A stretch of DNA of 63,880 nt, counting the filler, from Reticulomyxa filosa (Eukaryota > Protista > Foraminifera), in the NCBI GenBank assembly GCA_000512085.1. It is 13 parts of 13 records of this genome, joined end to end, with 100 filler letters (N's around TTAATTAATTAA, not from the genome) between each part and the next. Parts side by side here need not be neighbours in the genome. Positions count along the whole stretch, not along the records: positions 33,929 to 42,613 come from ASPP01022551.1; positions 42,714 to 51,955 come from ASPP01035571.1; 11 more parts are not named here. One strand, 5' to 3'. Each line of letters begins with the position of its first letter. The stretch's first letter is position 1. Shown piece by piece: positions 39,005 through 51,955 of this stretch. The position numbers were made by a program, and so were the translations under genes. The notes beneath the pieces are model-generated. The model saw only the letters and a program-made list of their open reading frames with translations, did no database searches and had not been told where the DNA came from.

Positions 39005-41559
39005 ATCTTACAATTTAAACGTAAATAATAAATAATACGTAAAACAAAAGCGCGTTAGTTGTTGTTCAATGATTCTTGTAAGATTCTAAAAGCTCTTTTT
39101 TTTTCAACTAAGTATCGCTTTTTGTTTAAAAATGAAATTCGCATTTTCGGCAAAAAAAAGTGCAAAAACATGGTTTTCGAAACTGCGATAGTTTTTTCTT
39201 GTAGAATTTTTTGATACAAAACTTTCGAAATTTTGCAAAATCACATTTTTTGTGATGATTAACAAAGGTTCCCAGGAAACGAGTTCCCTTGTTTGACATT
39301 TTAAATAAATATAAGATAATTGATTAATAAAAAAATAGTTAAAGTTGCACTTGATTGTAAAGTAAGACAATTTTAGCTTTGAAAGAAAAGAAAGTTTTTA
39401 TAAACTTTTTGTACTGAAAATAAACAATATTCCACTTATTTTTTGGCTGTTGGTAAAAGTTTTTGAATAGATCTTCGTTCATTGTATATTTTGATGTATT
39501 GAATAATTTATTTGAAACAGTCTTTGAAAATGTTTTTTTTTGTGAGTTATACGAAACAGAACACTGTGACGTTTCGTCTCAGCTGAAAGAACACACTTTA
39601 GTTTTTTCAAAGAAGTAGAGTTTGTCAGTTACTTTTTTTTGTTGTTTCTTTCTGTTTTTTTTTAGTGTTATCTAATGTTTAAAAGATAAGTACGAGAATT
39701 TCTCACTATTGTCGGTCAAGAGGCATACAGCCAGGCAGCGCCATCTGGGAACAATATTGCGCACAGCACGCAATGACAACAGTAGCAAAAGAAAAGAGAA
39801 ATAAGGAAACGACGACTCTTTTAAGGTCTTCTTTGAGAAACAGGTAGTGGCCAATTTGTTCATCGTAACTTGCAGTTCATTTTTCATTGTACGTATAACG
39901 TAAAAGTTTTATGAGATGACTTTTTGTTTGGGGCGCAAATAACCTTAGTGTTTATACTTAAAAAAGTTTTTTGGCCAACTGTACTTCAAGTGTATTATAA
40001 AGAAATTATATGTATCGATTATCATGCTAAGATGTCCAAAAATGTTGAACAGTTATAATAATGAAAAAAGGAAAAAACAATTGCAAACAAAATGTTAAAG
40101 GATTGCATAAACAACCAAAAACGTGGATTTTTTTACTTTTCTTTTTGATTTTTGTGCTATTTTCTTGGTTTTTGTTACTTTTTCTGTTTTTTAGAAAGTT
40201 TTTTCTCTATTTAAATTTGAGAAAACAAGAGTTTTAAGCCAGGGGCCTAAGTGAACAGCAAACTGTTTTGGCAACAATAATTTGTAAATTTAAAAAGAAT
40301 AATGAAAATATTAGTATTGCAGCAGCAAAAGCAGTAACCAAACTCAATTCGGAATAATATAAAATTCATTGTCTGAAAAACAACTTAAGTTCTAAGTATA
40401 TCTAAATTATCATTTGATTGCTCAGAAGTATATATGATAATTTTCATCAGATTGTAAAATGATTGTATTATCAAGCAGTTTATACAATATCCGTATTATC
40501 AAACAATTTAAGTAAGGAACGTAAAAGCAATAAACGAAATTCGTGTTGGTTGTGTAACGAAAATAGATATTTCATTAAATTGACTTATTGTGACAACAAT
40601 GTTATTCATTTTTGGAGATAATGAATCATAATTGGATATACAAGTTAATTTGCTAGTAAAGGTATATATCATTTTCATTTTTTTTTGTTTTACGTAATAA
40701 ATACAAATGAAACATATTTTACAGTTTACAGAAAAACAACTAGTCTTATCAATGAAAAAAATATGATGCCAATGAAAATAAATTATAATTTTAAAAGGAC
40801 ATTTTGATACTGTTTATGGAACAGATTTGTATTAAATGAAAATAATGTGTTTGACTAGAAAACACATTAACTTGTGGTACAAAATCAGTACTACAAATAA
40901 ACATTTCAAGTTATGTTTTTACATTTCGATTTTCATTGAATAGAATGACACAATTTAAAGAAAGTTGAATTATCTGTGTTCATTAAAAATTTATTTCTTT
41001 ATTGATACTTAGGATGATCAATATTGTTACTAATAATTTTTTTTATTTGTAAAATCAGACGCAGTCCACATATATATGCAAACTAAGTATAAATCAATCT
41101 TTTCAAACAAAAATACAACACCATATATTGAAGTAAATACTGAGTGCACATTGAAATATTATGTAACAAATAATTTTGTTCCCTTGTTACCGCAAGGATT
41201 TTCTACAGTTATTGATATAGTATCTTTCGCACGTTCTTTGAAATTGCGAAAGCAAAAAACATACATTTTGAGTGTATATCTATCTCCAACTCAAAACACA
41301 TTTTCTTTTTGTTTCAAAGAATGAGCACAGCTTATTTTTCTTGTTAGTTAGGCAATGCTCGCTTTCTTACCTTTTGAAAGGTAATCCTGCAACTTAAAAG
41401 TCGGTCAAAGATAACAGCAATTGGAGACATATCTCTGAACTGCTGTGTGAATAAAAGTAAATAATATTCATTCATTTAAATTATAATTTTTAAAAGATTT
41501 AAAAAGAACTAGCTTTCTGAAAGATTGAAAGGAAATATGTTCCTCAAATACGAATATAG

Positions 41560-42206
41560 CCATTGTATGATCCATAACACAGACTAATACCACAACTAAA
41601 ATTATTACTGCTTTTCTATTCTTTTTTAATTGAAGAAATGTAAGAGAAAATAATCTCTTTATTTGTCATTTGATTGAATATCCCAAAATCGAATTGTATT
41701 ATCCTAAACATATCAAATATCGTCAAATTAATAAACAAGTTTATACAACTATTTATTTCATATATTATGCGCAGATTTTGAGAAAGTATTAATGGGTATG
41801 GAAGGAGAGTTGCAATATATTGGATTCAAAAAAGGATATAATGATAATTGGTATTCAATATTATCATATTCAATTACTATAACTGTGGAAATGTTATCGA
41901 ACAGTAATCAATAAACAAACTATGTATTTATTATATTGTGTTTATTTTCTTATCAATAAAACAAAATATTGGGTGTGTATATTATGGAATGGAAAATGGA
42001 AAGACTATTTTAGTGTATTTGATTATGAACATCGAATAATAATGTTATTTGATAAAAATAAATTAAAAGTAAAACCATTACAACTTGGAAATCCAAACAA
42101 ATCATCATTGGAATTCAATGTGAGTATTCAATGTATAATCATATTGACATTGATAAATCATCTCTATCTCGTCCTTCAATTGCGCGGAAGTGCCAAGTAT
42201 GATTGA
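41560..42206 (+). pseudogene. Degraded remnant of an AT-rich multigene-family gene
   Basis: Coding-like segments (KYWVCILWNGKWKDYFSVFDYEHRIIMLFD) interrupted by stops and frameshifts. Confidence 0.3.
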
Positions 42207-42481
42207 GAATGAGACAAGCCCATTTGGCATGCATTTGATCAAATTGTGTATCAGTTAATGAAAGCAAAAACATACAGATATTTTTATCAATTATCAAATA
42301 TAAATTATCAATTACTTGTTAAATTGTTAAAATTGTATTTCAAACACACAGGAGTTCAACTCTTTCCGTGTCACTTGAAAAATAAAAATAATACAACATG
42401 AAGATAGTAGATGCCTATGTTAAATAAATATTTGAATATTTTGGTTAGCATTTAAAAAAAAGATAGAATAAATGAACTGAC

Positions 42482-42584
42482 ATAATTGACAACAAATTTG
42501 TCAAAATCTTTGATCCATCCTAATTTAATGTTTAATGTTCGAATTCAATGATGAATAATTATTTGGGTATCTTCTTCTTTTGAC
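42482..42584 (-). pseudogene. Exon remnant with the IxxWIRxLxIKLGWIxxFDK motif and an in-frame TGA
   Basis: Translates as SKEEDTQIIIHH*IRTLNIKLGWIKDFDKFVVNY, homologous to the kelch gene's last exon. Confidence 0.7.
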
Positions 42585-42713
42585 TGTTTCAATGATAAGG
42601 CAAAAGGAGAAAANNNNNNNNNNNNNNNNNNNNNNNNNNNNNNNNNNNNNNNNNNNNTTAATTAATTAANNNNNNNNNNNNNNNNNNNNNNNNNNNNNNN
42701 NNNNNNNNNNNNN

Positions 42714-43719
42714 TTTCTGTATTATTATTATTTCTTCTTTTTGCAATTGCAATTGCATTTGCATTTGCAAAACATAAAATAAACTATGGCAATTTTGTTC
42801 TTCAATCGCGAGAGTTTCATGGTGACATGAGACACGTGGTCATTGGCTTGTGTGGTTTCTATTCTCTGTCGATGCAAGTCAGCGTTTAGCTTGGATACTT
42901 TATCCAACAGCTCCTTTTGTTTGTTGTTGTTGTTGTTGTTGTTGTTGCTGTTGTTGTTGTAAGAAAGTGAAGCACAGTTTTATAATATGCAAGTTTTGAC
43001 CCAAAAAAAAAAAAAAAAAACTTTAAATAGAAACAATAGATATGGTCATTCAACTCTTGGATACAATGGACGGATGACCGAATCAATTGGCACCATCTTG
43101 CCTTTGCCAGCCTCGCAAACATAATATCGCACGCCATCGATTAATCCGTCATGACCATTTTCAGATCGGTCTTTTTTTTTTAAAAAAAAAAAAAAAAAAG
43201 ATTGATGGTTACAACAGAGAGGAAAAATTAATAGTGATAATTATATGACTATTAAAAAAAAAACTCTTCCCCTCCCCCCTTTGAATCAAACTTTAAAAAC
43301 GCATATTTTTTTTTTTTTTTTGCAATATATGTACGTTTTTTTTTTTTAAGACTTCAAATAAAATATAAAACTTACCACAAAGCTCCAAGCCCACATACAC
43401 GTGCTGGGTATCTGTCGTCTCACAAACACATAGCAATCAAAGCACAAAAACACACTTCACTTTAGCTTTGGACTGTCTGTTTTGCTTGCTTTGACTGTGA
43501 CTGTCAGACTTTTCCTCTGTTACACACAATTTCATGTGGACTGTTACCCCAATGAACATTTCCAATAAAGTATACAACACCGACGCCGTCCTCCAACAAT
43601 AAGACGTCTCCGATCTAGTATTCAACAGACGAAATTCTTTCATATACTAAACAACTAGCTCTCTCCTCTTTTTAACATACCCGAAAATCCAAATATGAAT
43701 ATTTCACTTTACTCATCAT
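42714..43719 (-). CDS. CAP-Gly domain plus coiled-coil protein (3'-truncated); not visible in the ORF track
   Basis: Spliced model MMSKVKYSYLDFR|IGDVLLLEDGVGVVYFIGNVHW|DTQHVYVGLELC|DRSENGHDGLIDGVRYYVCEAGKGKMVP...|ELLDKVSKLNADLHRQR, using GT-AG junctions. Confidence 0.8.
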
Positions 43720-44270
43720 TTAAGTTTTTTTCCAATCGACGTGTCAAACGTGAACTTCGACTTTTTTCAAACAGACGACCCAAGTGAAATTTTTATCTTT
43801 ACCAGAAAATTGTTTTGCATAAATCTTATTTCGAATATTCAAAAAAAAAATTGCTTAATTTAAAACAAAATTTGTGGTGGTACATGTGTAATAAAATATA
43901 GCCGAAGGGACAACTTGTTCCTGAACGAACTTGCTTGACGATTGCGGACAAAAGAGGTTCTCGCTCTTCGTTGGTTAGACCTTGCATACGTGGTAAAACT
44001 GTTGGAATATGAGTGTGTTGTTCAGAAAAAACCAAACATTAGTAAAAAAATTTGAATTAGGAGAGACGGTGGCTCCAAAATTTTTTTGAACGAGCAGTGG
44101 ACAATAACGTGATGTGACACGTTGATTTCTTGGTTTTGTTTTTATTGATTTAACTCAGTTTACATTTGCTTGACGTGTTAACAATTATGAGAACATCTCT
44201 GTTTTTCTCACTAATCTACCGCAAACTAGACCAATTTTTTTACCTTTTTTCTTTTTTAAAGTCGAAAATA

Positions 44271-47200
44271 ATGAACACAACAAAACAAAAATTAAAAAAG
44301 CATTACAAATCTCAGAATAAAATTTCTCTAATGTTTAACGAACCTCAACAGTATACCGAAAGTTGTTGTGTTCAGCTGTCAGCGCAATTTCAAAAAAGAA
44401 AAGGACACGCGCCAAACAAGAGAAACAGTACAGAAGAGCGTGGTGAATGGTCAAATCTATTCGACTACTCTTCAATGTGTGATGACATACAAGACACAGT
44501 TGAAGTACAAGATATTTGGGAAAAAAAAGATAGAGAATTAGATATACGTCATGTTAGTATTCACGGACAATCAGGATCTGGAAAAGAGTTTTTGACTAAA
44601 AGAATTGCATATTTATGGGGAAATGGTCAAATTGGGATCAATTCCAATTGTTACTCGTTCCTTTGAAAAAAATTTCCAAAGCTTTCGATAATGATAATAG
44701 GAGTGATGATGATGATGATGATGATGATATCGAAAAGGGATGGTTAAAAGTAATGAGTGTATTATCTATTTCAAACTGGGATATAAATGATACAAAGCAC
44801 ATTTTACGTTCAAAGGATAGCTTGTTGTTATTGTTGGATGGATTTGATGAAATTGCAAATGAAGTGAATAAAAAGCCTGGATTGAAACAATGGCTACAAC
44901 ATTGTACTGCAAATGAAAACTCCAATTATTTTGTGTTTATGACAAGTCTTCCCGATTCAACGTGTGAATATTTGAAGAATCCAAGAATTTTCAATATCCT
45001 TGGATTTCAATCACAAGATATTCAAACTTATGTTATAACTACTTTCAAACGATTTCTAATAGTCCAAATGATGGTACTATCAATCCGCTGCGAATTGGTT
45101 GATACAAAAGTTGAACAGTAATCCAAGTTTGAAACTGTTAAGTCGTATTCCATTATACTTGTACTTGCTTTGCTATTTAACACGGCAGTCAATACCGGAA
45201 AGAAAAAAGAGTAACAAAAGAAAAAATGTTTTACAGTTGGACAAATTAAATGATATGCTAGTTTCAGGACTGTACGAAAAATTAGTGGGATGCTATATAA
45301 AATGGAATTGGATAAAATTTCATGGAACGGAGTGCATACCGGATTTACAAACAATGTTTAATGCTTTTGAAATGGAAGTCAATTATTTGGCACATATTGC
45401 ATGGGAAGGATTAAAATGTGGACAAATTGTCATTTCTTGTGAAATACAACAAAGGGTATTAACTCATATTAACAAAAAATATCCACGCGCAAATATTTCA
45501 GAAATTTCTCAATGGTCTCGAATCAATTCTTTTACATTTTTGAGAGGACAAAAATATGCCAATTCGTCATATCCAATTGAAACTGTACATTTTCCTCATT
45601 TTGCGTTTCAAGAATGGTTCGCTGCTTATTATTTAGTCAATTGTTTGTATGAACTAAATGAATCGGATAATCACAAACAAGCATGTTCTGTTTTGGTTAA
45701 TGAACAACTCAATCCAAAATATTCAATGGTAATACCGTTTATGGCTGGAATATTATATGATAATATTGAAAAAAAAAAGGACATGTCAGGATCTGGATTA
45801 TTATACTTTTGGAATTATTACAATCTTCACCACCTCAACCCGTTCCTATTCATCATATAATGTTATGCATGCGTTGTCTTAATGTTTGCAAAGCAGATAC
45901 AGATAGTCCAATTCTCTCACGTGCACTTCAAAGGTGCCACAAAAAACTCATTGGATCATTCGAGTCTATACTCACTGGCTGGATCAATTTTAAAAAAATT
46001 AAAGGCTATATTTGTGAGGATAGACCATTGAACAGGATGATGGAATTGAATCTTCCTAATTTGCAATATGTTTTGACTCATCCGAATATCCATCAATGTA
46101 TCATTCATGAATTGAATAACTTGACTAACGATGAAATATCAAGAGGTCAAATCGATGTATTCAAATGTTTGTGTGTTTCAGCACAAACTACAAGCGTGAT
46201 TGCACAATGGTTGCAAAAACACTTTCAACATTCAAATCGAAACATACGCAAAGATTGTGCAAATGCACTTGGAACAATAGCAATGAAATTGGATGAAAAT
46301 CAATTAGAGAGTATGGCAGAATTGATAATAGATGGATTTAAAACAGAAAATTTTTCTTATATTGATGTGTACGCAAATTTACTTTCAAAGTTATCATCAT
46401 ATTTTAATGAAAAGCAATCAAGTCATATCTTTCATTGTTCGATAGATACATTGAAAGACACAGACAAAAATACTTGTTTATCATTTTCAAAAGCACTTTA
46501 AAATACTAGCAACGAGATTGAATGAAAAACAAATGAACAAGTTTTAATTGTTTAATGAAAAAAATCCAATATGGGGAAAACTGTGAATGTTATGAAGAAG
46601 CATTAAAAGTGATTTCTTTGAAATTGAGCAAAACAAAATTTGATTATTATGTTAAAAATTTGTTGACTAGTTTTAATAATAATCAGCAGAGTGTTCGTGG
46701 ATTATGTGCTAGATTGCTCGCGGAGATTTCAGTGAAAGTGGATGAAAAACAACGAGGTTATATTTTTAATTGTTTATTCTCTGGATTAAATGACTGCAGT
46801 AAAGATATTCGTCAATTATGTGAAAAATTACTTGAAAAAATTCCAGCGAGATTGAATAAAATACAATTAGATAATGCTTTTTCATATTTTATAAATGGAT
46901 TAACCAAACATGGACAAGACATTGTTCGTCAATATTGTGCAACAGCGCTTGGAAATCTTTCAGTGAAATGGGATCAAGAACAATTAGAAAATATTACAAA
47001 CTGTTTGATGGATATTTTGACTAAAAAAAATGATAAGAGCGTGCGTTGGGCATGTGAAAGAACATTGGGAATTACTTTAGAAAGAATAAACCAAAAAAAA
47101 TTGGAGATCACTTTTGAATATTTGATGAATGAATTGAAAAATACAAAACAATATATTCGTAAATCTTATATTAATGTACTGAGAATAATTGTAATGAAAT

Positions 47201-50026
47201 TAAACCAAACGCAATTAAATGCCTTCTTTGTGGATTTGGTAATGAATGAGAGTAAAAATGAAAATGGACGTACTCGTTATTTATGTACACAAATCACCCA
47301 AAAAATGTTGTTATTACGATTTAATGAAATACAATGGAGTGAAAATATTTTCAATTATTTCATGAATGGACTTCTAGGTGATCCAGATAAAAATGTTCAA
47401 TATGTATGTGCGGAATCATTAGGAAAACTTGCAACAAAATGGGATAACCAACAATTTGATAATATTTATTACTGTCTGATTAACAAATTTCAAGATGACA
47501 ATGAAGATGGATTAGTTCGTATAGCATGTGCGGAATCACTTGGAGCAATGTCAAAAAGAATGTGTCAACAACAATTTGATGATACTTTTAAATGTTTAAT
47601 AAAAGAATTCAATAATAATGAAAATACAATTGTTCACAAATACTGTGTAGATTCTCTTGAAGTGCTATTAGTGAGATTGAGAGATGATTTTAAAGATTTG
47701 CATAGTGAATTGGAAGAAGATGAAGATAGAGATGTTTGTGCATCATCTACACAATCTCTAGAGGCTCTTGTAATGATATTGAAAAATAAACGACTTAATA
47801 CTATTTTAATAAGTTTCATTAATGGACTTAAAGACGACAATGAAAGTATTCGTTTGCATTGCTCAGAAGAACTTGTAAAAATTTTTATTCAATTACACGG
47901 GAAACAATTGGATGATGTTTTCAATAGTTTGGCTAATGGATGCAATGATAAAAACAGAGATGTTCGTAGTTCGTGTCGAAAAGCATTTGAAATGATGTCG
48001 ATGAAATTGAATAATGAACAACTAAATGATGCATTCAAATGTTTGATAAACATTTTTAATAATGAAGATGACCATATTCATGATGCATGTGCAAACACAC
48101 TCCAAGAAATAGCATTTCAATGGAAAAAAAAACAAATAGATTGTGTGTTTGATTGTTTAGTTTATGAACTTACTACCAAAGATTGTAATGTTTGCAGTTC
48201 ATGTGCAAATGCACTTGGAATGATTGTGATGAGATTAAATGATAAACAATTGTGTTCATTAATAAAAGGATTGTTAAAAAAAAAATTGACATGTGCACAA
48301 AGAGGTGTGGATATGATATTACAAGCAATGACAAATGATATATGGAAACGTTTTATAATGAGTGTGTTGAAAGAGAAAAAGAACAAGAAAAATGAAAAGA
48401 GGAAACAATTAACTGAAAATGAACAAATAGCATCAAATCAAAAAAATGAAAAGAAAGAAATTCAACTATTGACATTTGCTTTATTGATATACACTCCTCG
48501 TATTCAATTGAATGTTGATGACACATTTACTGGATTGATATGTTGGTGCAATAAACAAGCCATGAAATGGGGTTTCCCAATAGAACAAAAATGGACTAAC
48601 TTTGATTCTATTTCATATCCTTCTTTGGATAATCTTTCTAATGGCAGTCAATACAATGATACGTATCCTATTATTCATGAGGCAATAGAATCCAACGATA
48701 TATCACAAATAGAGCGTGCATTGGGATATTATATTAATATCAATAATGTATTACAATTGGCCATCCGTAATAAAAATTGGAATATTGTTCGTTATTGTAT
48801 TGAGAAAGGTGCATGGATTGATATTACTTTTGATATAATCAAACCATTAACTCCTTTGCAATATATCATAAAACTAAGTGATAAAAGGAAAAAGATAAAA
48901 GATAACAATAATGAGAGTGAAAAAAAAAATTTGGAAATGGTAGAAATGTGCAAATGGATATTGAAAAAACGAACTAATTTTCCAATGAAACAAATTGAAT
49001 ATGCCATTGATTATGTTAAAGATAAGTTAATTGATGAAGATGATCAAACTAGTAATGACGAAAGTGATGAGAAGTTATTACAAGAAGGTGCAAGTTTCTT
49101 ATTGGGAATGAGTCCAACGCAATTACAAGAGGGATTAGATAGTAATTCAGTTTATTGGACAAATACTCAAAGTATTGAATCGATTAAACACAATAATACA
49201 AACAAAAAGCAATGGGATCCAATTCCATTTTTAATATATCGAATATTTTTATTATTTGAAATATGTGTCAAATTAAAACAGCAAGGAACAATTAATATTA
49301 ATTTGCCAAAGCATACAACATTTGAACAAATATATGAAAAAGGGACAAAAGAATTACAGACACAATTGACAACATATTGGGATTATAACACAACTAAAAT
49401 ACTTCAACACAAATATCCAGAGCTAATTGATGAATGGAGTTGGAATATAGTAGATCGTGTGATGAATTTAAAACCAATGTCATTGAATGAATGCTGTGAA
49501 ATTAGTTTAATAGTTGGCTATAAAGATTATAAATTTTATTTGAGTTTGTGTAAAACATCTACTTCTATTTTGATAAGACTTGACAATCGATGGATGGGTA
49601 CTGTTCCATTGAATACACCTCATCTGAAGAAAGTAATATCAATAAATGGGAACAACTATGAAGCAATACAACCATATTTAGTTGCATTTTTTCCATGTGA
49701 TAGTTCAAATATCGAACAAAATAAGGAATGGTTAAAAAATTATATTAAATATGCAATTGAGTTAAGAAACAGTGATAGTACTGAAAGTATGGAACACTTG
49801 TATGGTAATGTTAGCAAGCCACATAGCGTCCTTCCCTTGAAGGTGGTTGGCCATCAACCACAAAGAATTGGCCATATCGCCCAATACAAACAGATATAAA
49901 TGAGTGTTATTTACGAATCATAATGTCGGATATCGAATTCGTTTAGGTGATAACATTTACCAATGGTTCCGTGATCAAGAAAGAAAGTTTTGTATCAAAT
50001 ACAGGGGCACCAAGAAAAATTCGTAA
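44271..50026 (+). pseudogene. NLR-like STAND NACHT NTPase-HEAT repeat-ankyrin protein, broken by multiple frameshifts
   Basis: Walker A IHGQSGSGKE, Walker B LLLLLDGFDE, FMTS, IPLYL, winged-helix FPHFAFQEWFAAYY, ~41-aa HEAT units (D...VR..CAESLG) and an ankyrin-like LQLAIRNKNWNIVRYCIEKGA. Spread over at least 5 ORFs in different frames, without intron-like sequence. Confidence 0.8.
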
Positions 50027-50988
50027 GGAGGTCATCGAAAATATATCCCCGTCATAATAATTCAACTTAAGTTGTTTGAAAATTTTCAGCAGCTGAAAGT
50101 TTTATTTGATGAGTGGTACAGCTTATGTTTTGTCGGCAAGTCCTTTTTTTGAGTTCTCATTTCATTACAAAAGAGAAAAAGTTATGAAAGATATCCTCTT
50201 AGCAAATTATTGTCTTTTAGGCAACAAAGCTTAAGTGTTGTGTGGTCACGTCAATTAAAACAGTTGTTTTTTCAATTCCTCATTTTTTCCGAACGCTTAT
50301 ATATTTCATCGTCAGTACATATCCAAATATTTTACTACACAATATGTAAATTTCCGTGGATAATCGCAAATCCATTTTGCTTCCTGGAATATAATAGGAG
50401 TAACAACCTTCTTGGTTGGCATCCACAAGCGAATCTTTGTAATCAACATTTTGTAGGGAATAATCTCGGCGCTGAAAAAAAGTTGAAAGATGATCAACAT
50501 CACAAAATTTGAAAGTAATCTCATGTACTCCTTCAATAAATGTGAATAATATCCTGTTTTTTCAAAACCAAAAATAAATCTTATTTTGTTACAACAGTGT
50601 TAATGTGCTCTCGAGTTTAGTAACTGTAAGTTGAATTCTGAAGACAGTACTTGCATTCTTGTTGAATTTACTAAATAGAACTTGTTGGTTTGCTTTTTTG
50701 TATTTTTAAAAGGGACTATACCACAGGAAATCTCCAAGAAACGTCATATTTTTTTAAAAATCAATATTCATAAGCAGAACGTATTTTGAACATTTTTGCT
50801 TCTCAAGATGCAGATTGATAAATGTAACGTCTTTGCTTTTTTTTTAAAACAATTCTTTTATTGGGCAAAGGCGTGCCGTCCATTACATACAATTTTTTTC
50901 CAAAAGAAAAATTCTACAATTTTCAAAAAAAAAATTCAGATGATTTTTTTTTTTAGGGAAGACAAATAATTGTGCCGAAAGAAGCGGG

Positions 50989-51955
50989 ATGAAATGGTTC
51001 AAGATTGAAGATATGCATAATTGTTTTTTAGCACAGAAAATAAAATGCGGTGGAGGAATGCAAGAAAACAATAACCAAGGAGAGAGGAAATACGCAAAAG
51101 AAATAAAAACATTGATTCAATTATTCGGGGATTCTATCAACAAGGAAGACTTGCAACGAGAGATAATACGTTACAATGGAAACATCGAATTGACAATTAA
51201 GGATCTTGTTCAACGATCGATTGAAAAAGAGGTATGAAAAAACAGTAATATTTTATCAATCTAAATACTTCACTCTTTAACATACAAACAAAAAGGATCA
51301 ATTGGAAGTGGAAAGCAAAGTTAATAAATTAGAGATAAGATCATAACAAAGTTACTTTATATGTCCACGGTACTTTGTATTTCATTTTAATAACGAATAG
51401 AAACAAGAACAAGGAAATGCAATGGATGAAAGCAACAGTAATGGTAAAAGTGTACAAAAGGAAATGGAAAAAACAGAAATTGGAGAAACAAAACCGGGGA
51501 TCAATTTGCAAGGATATTGCAACAATGAAACTTGCTTAGTATCAAAAGCAAAATTATCAGTTTGGATTAATATTGGATTTGGTGATATCACGATTTTTTC
51601 AAACAGTACATCTTTCAGTTGCCCTGACTGCAAAAAATCAACAGTCAATTTAATTGTAAGAGCATTGTTCTATAATTCTGAACACTCGATTTGTGCAAGT
51701 GGTGATTCAATGCCTGTAAATGATAATAATTACCAATGTTCATATGCAATCAAACCTGGATTGTCTTATGAATTAAAAGCGAATAAAATAAGACAGCATG
51801 CAAAAAATATTGAAGACTTGAGAGAAAGGAGTGAACGTGCAATGAATGATGTTGAAATTAGGAATTTGGTAACAGAATTACAGAAATATGAGATTACAGT
51901 TGTGAAACCACCCAGTTTAAAAGGAAATGAAAGATTATTAGAAAAGATTCAAGCA
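50989..51955 (+). CDS. Hypothetical protein with a CUE/UBA-like helical N-terminus and a Cys-rich zinc-binding module (3'-truncated)
   Basis: KTLIQLFGDSINKEDLQREIIRYNGNIELTIKDL, followed by PGINLQGYCNNETC...FSCPDCKK. Confidence 0.6.

Noticed and set aside
42540-42552. TGA at a conserved Trp position as evidence for UGA=Trp recoding
   Set aside because: TGA serves as a normal stop elsewhere (16862, 11023, 37087) and Trp is encoded by TGG throughout. A pseudogene mutation is the simpler explanation.
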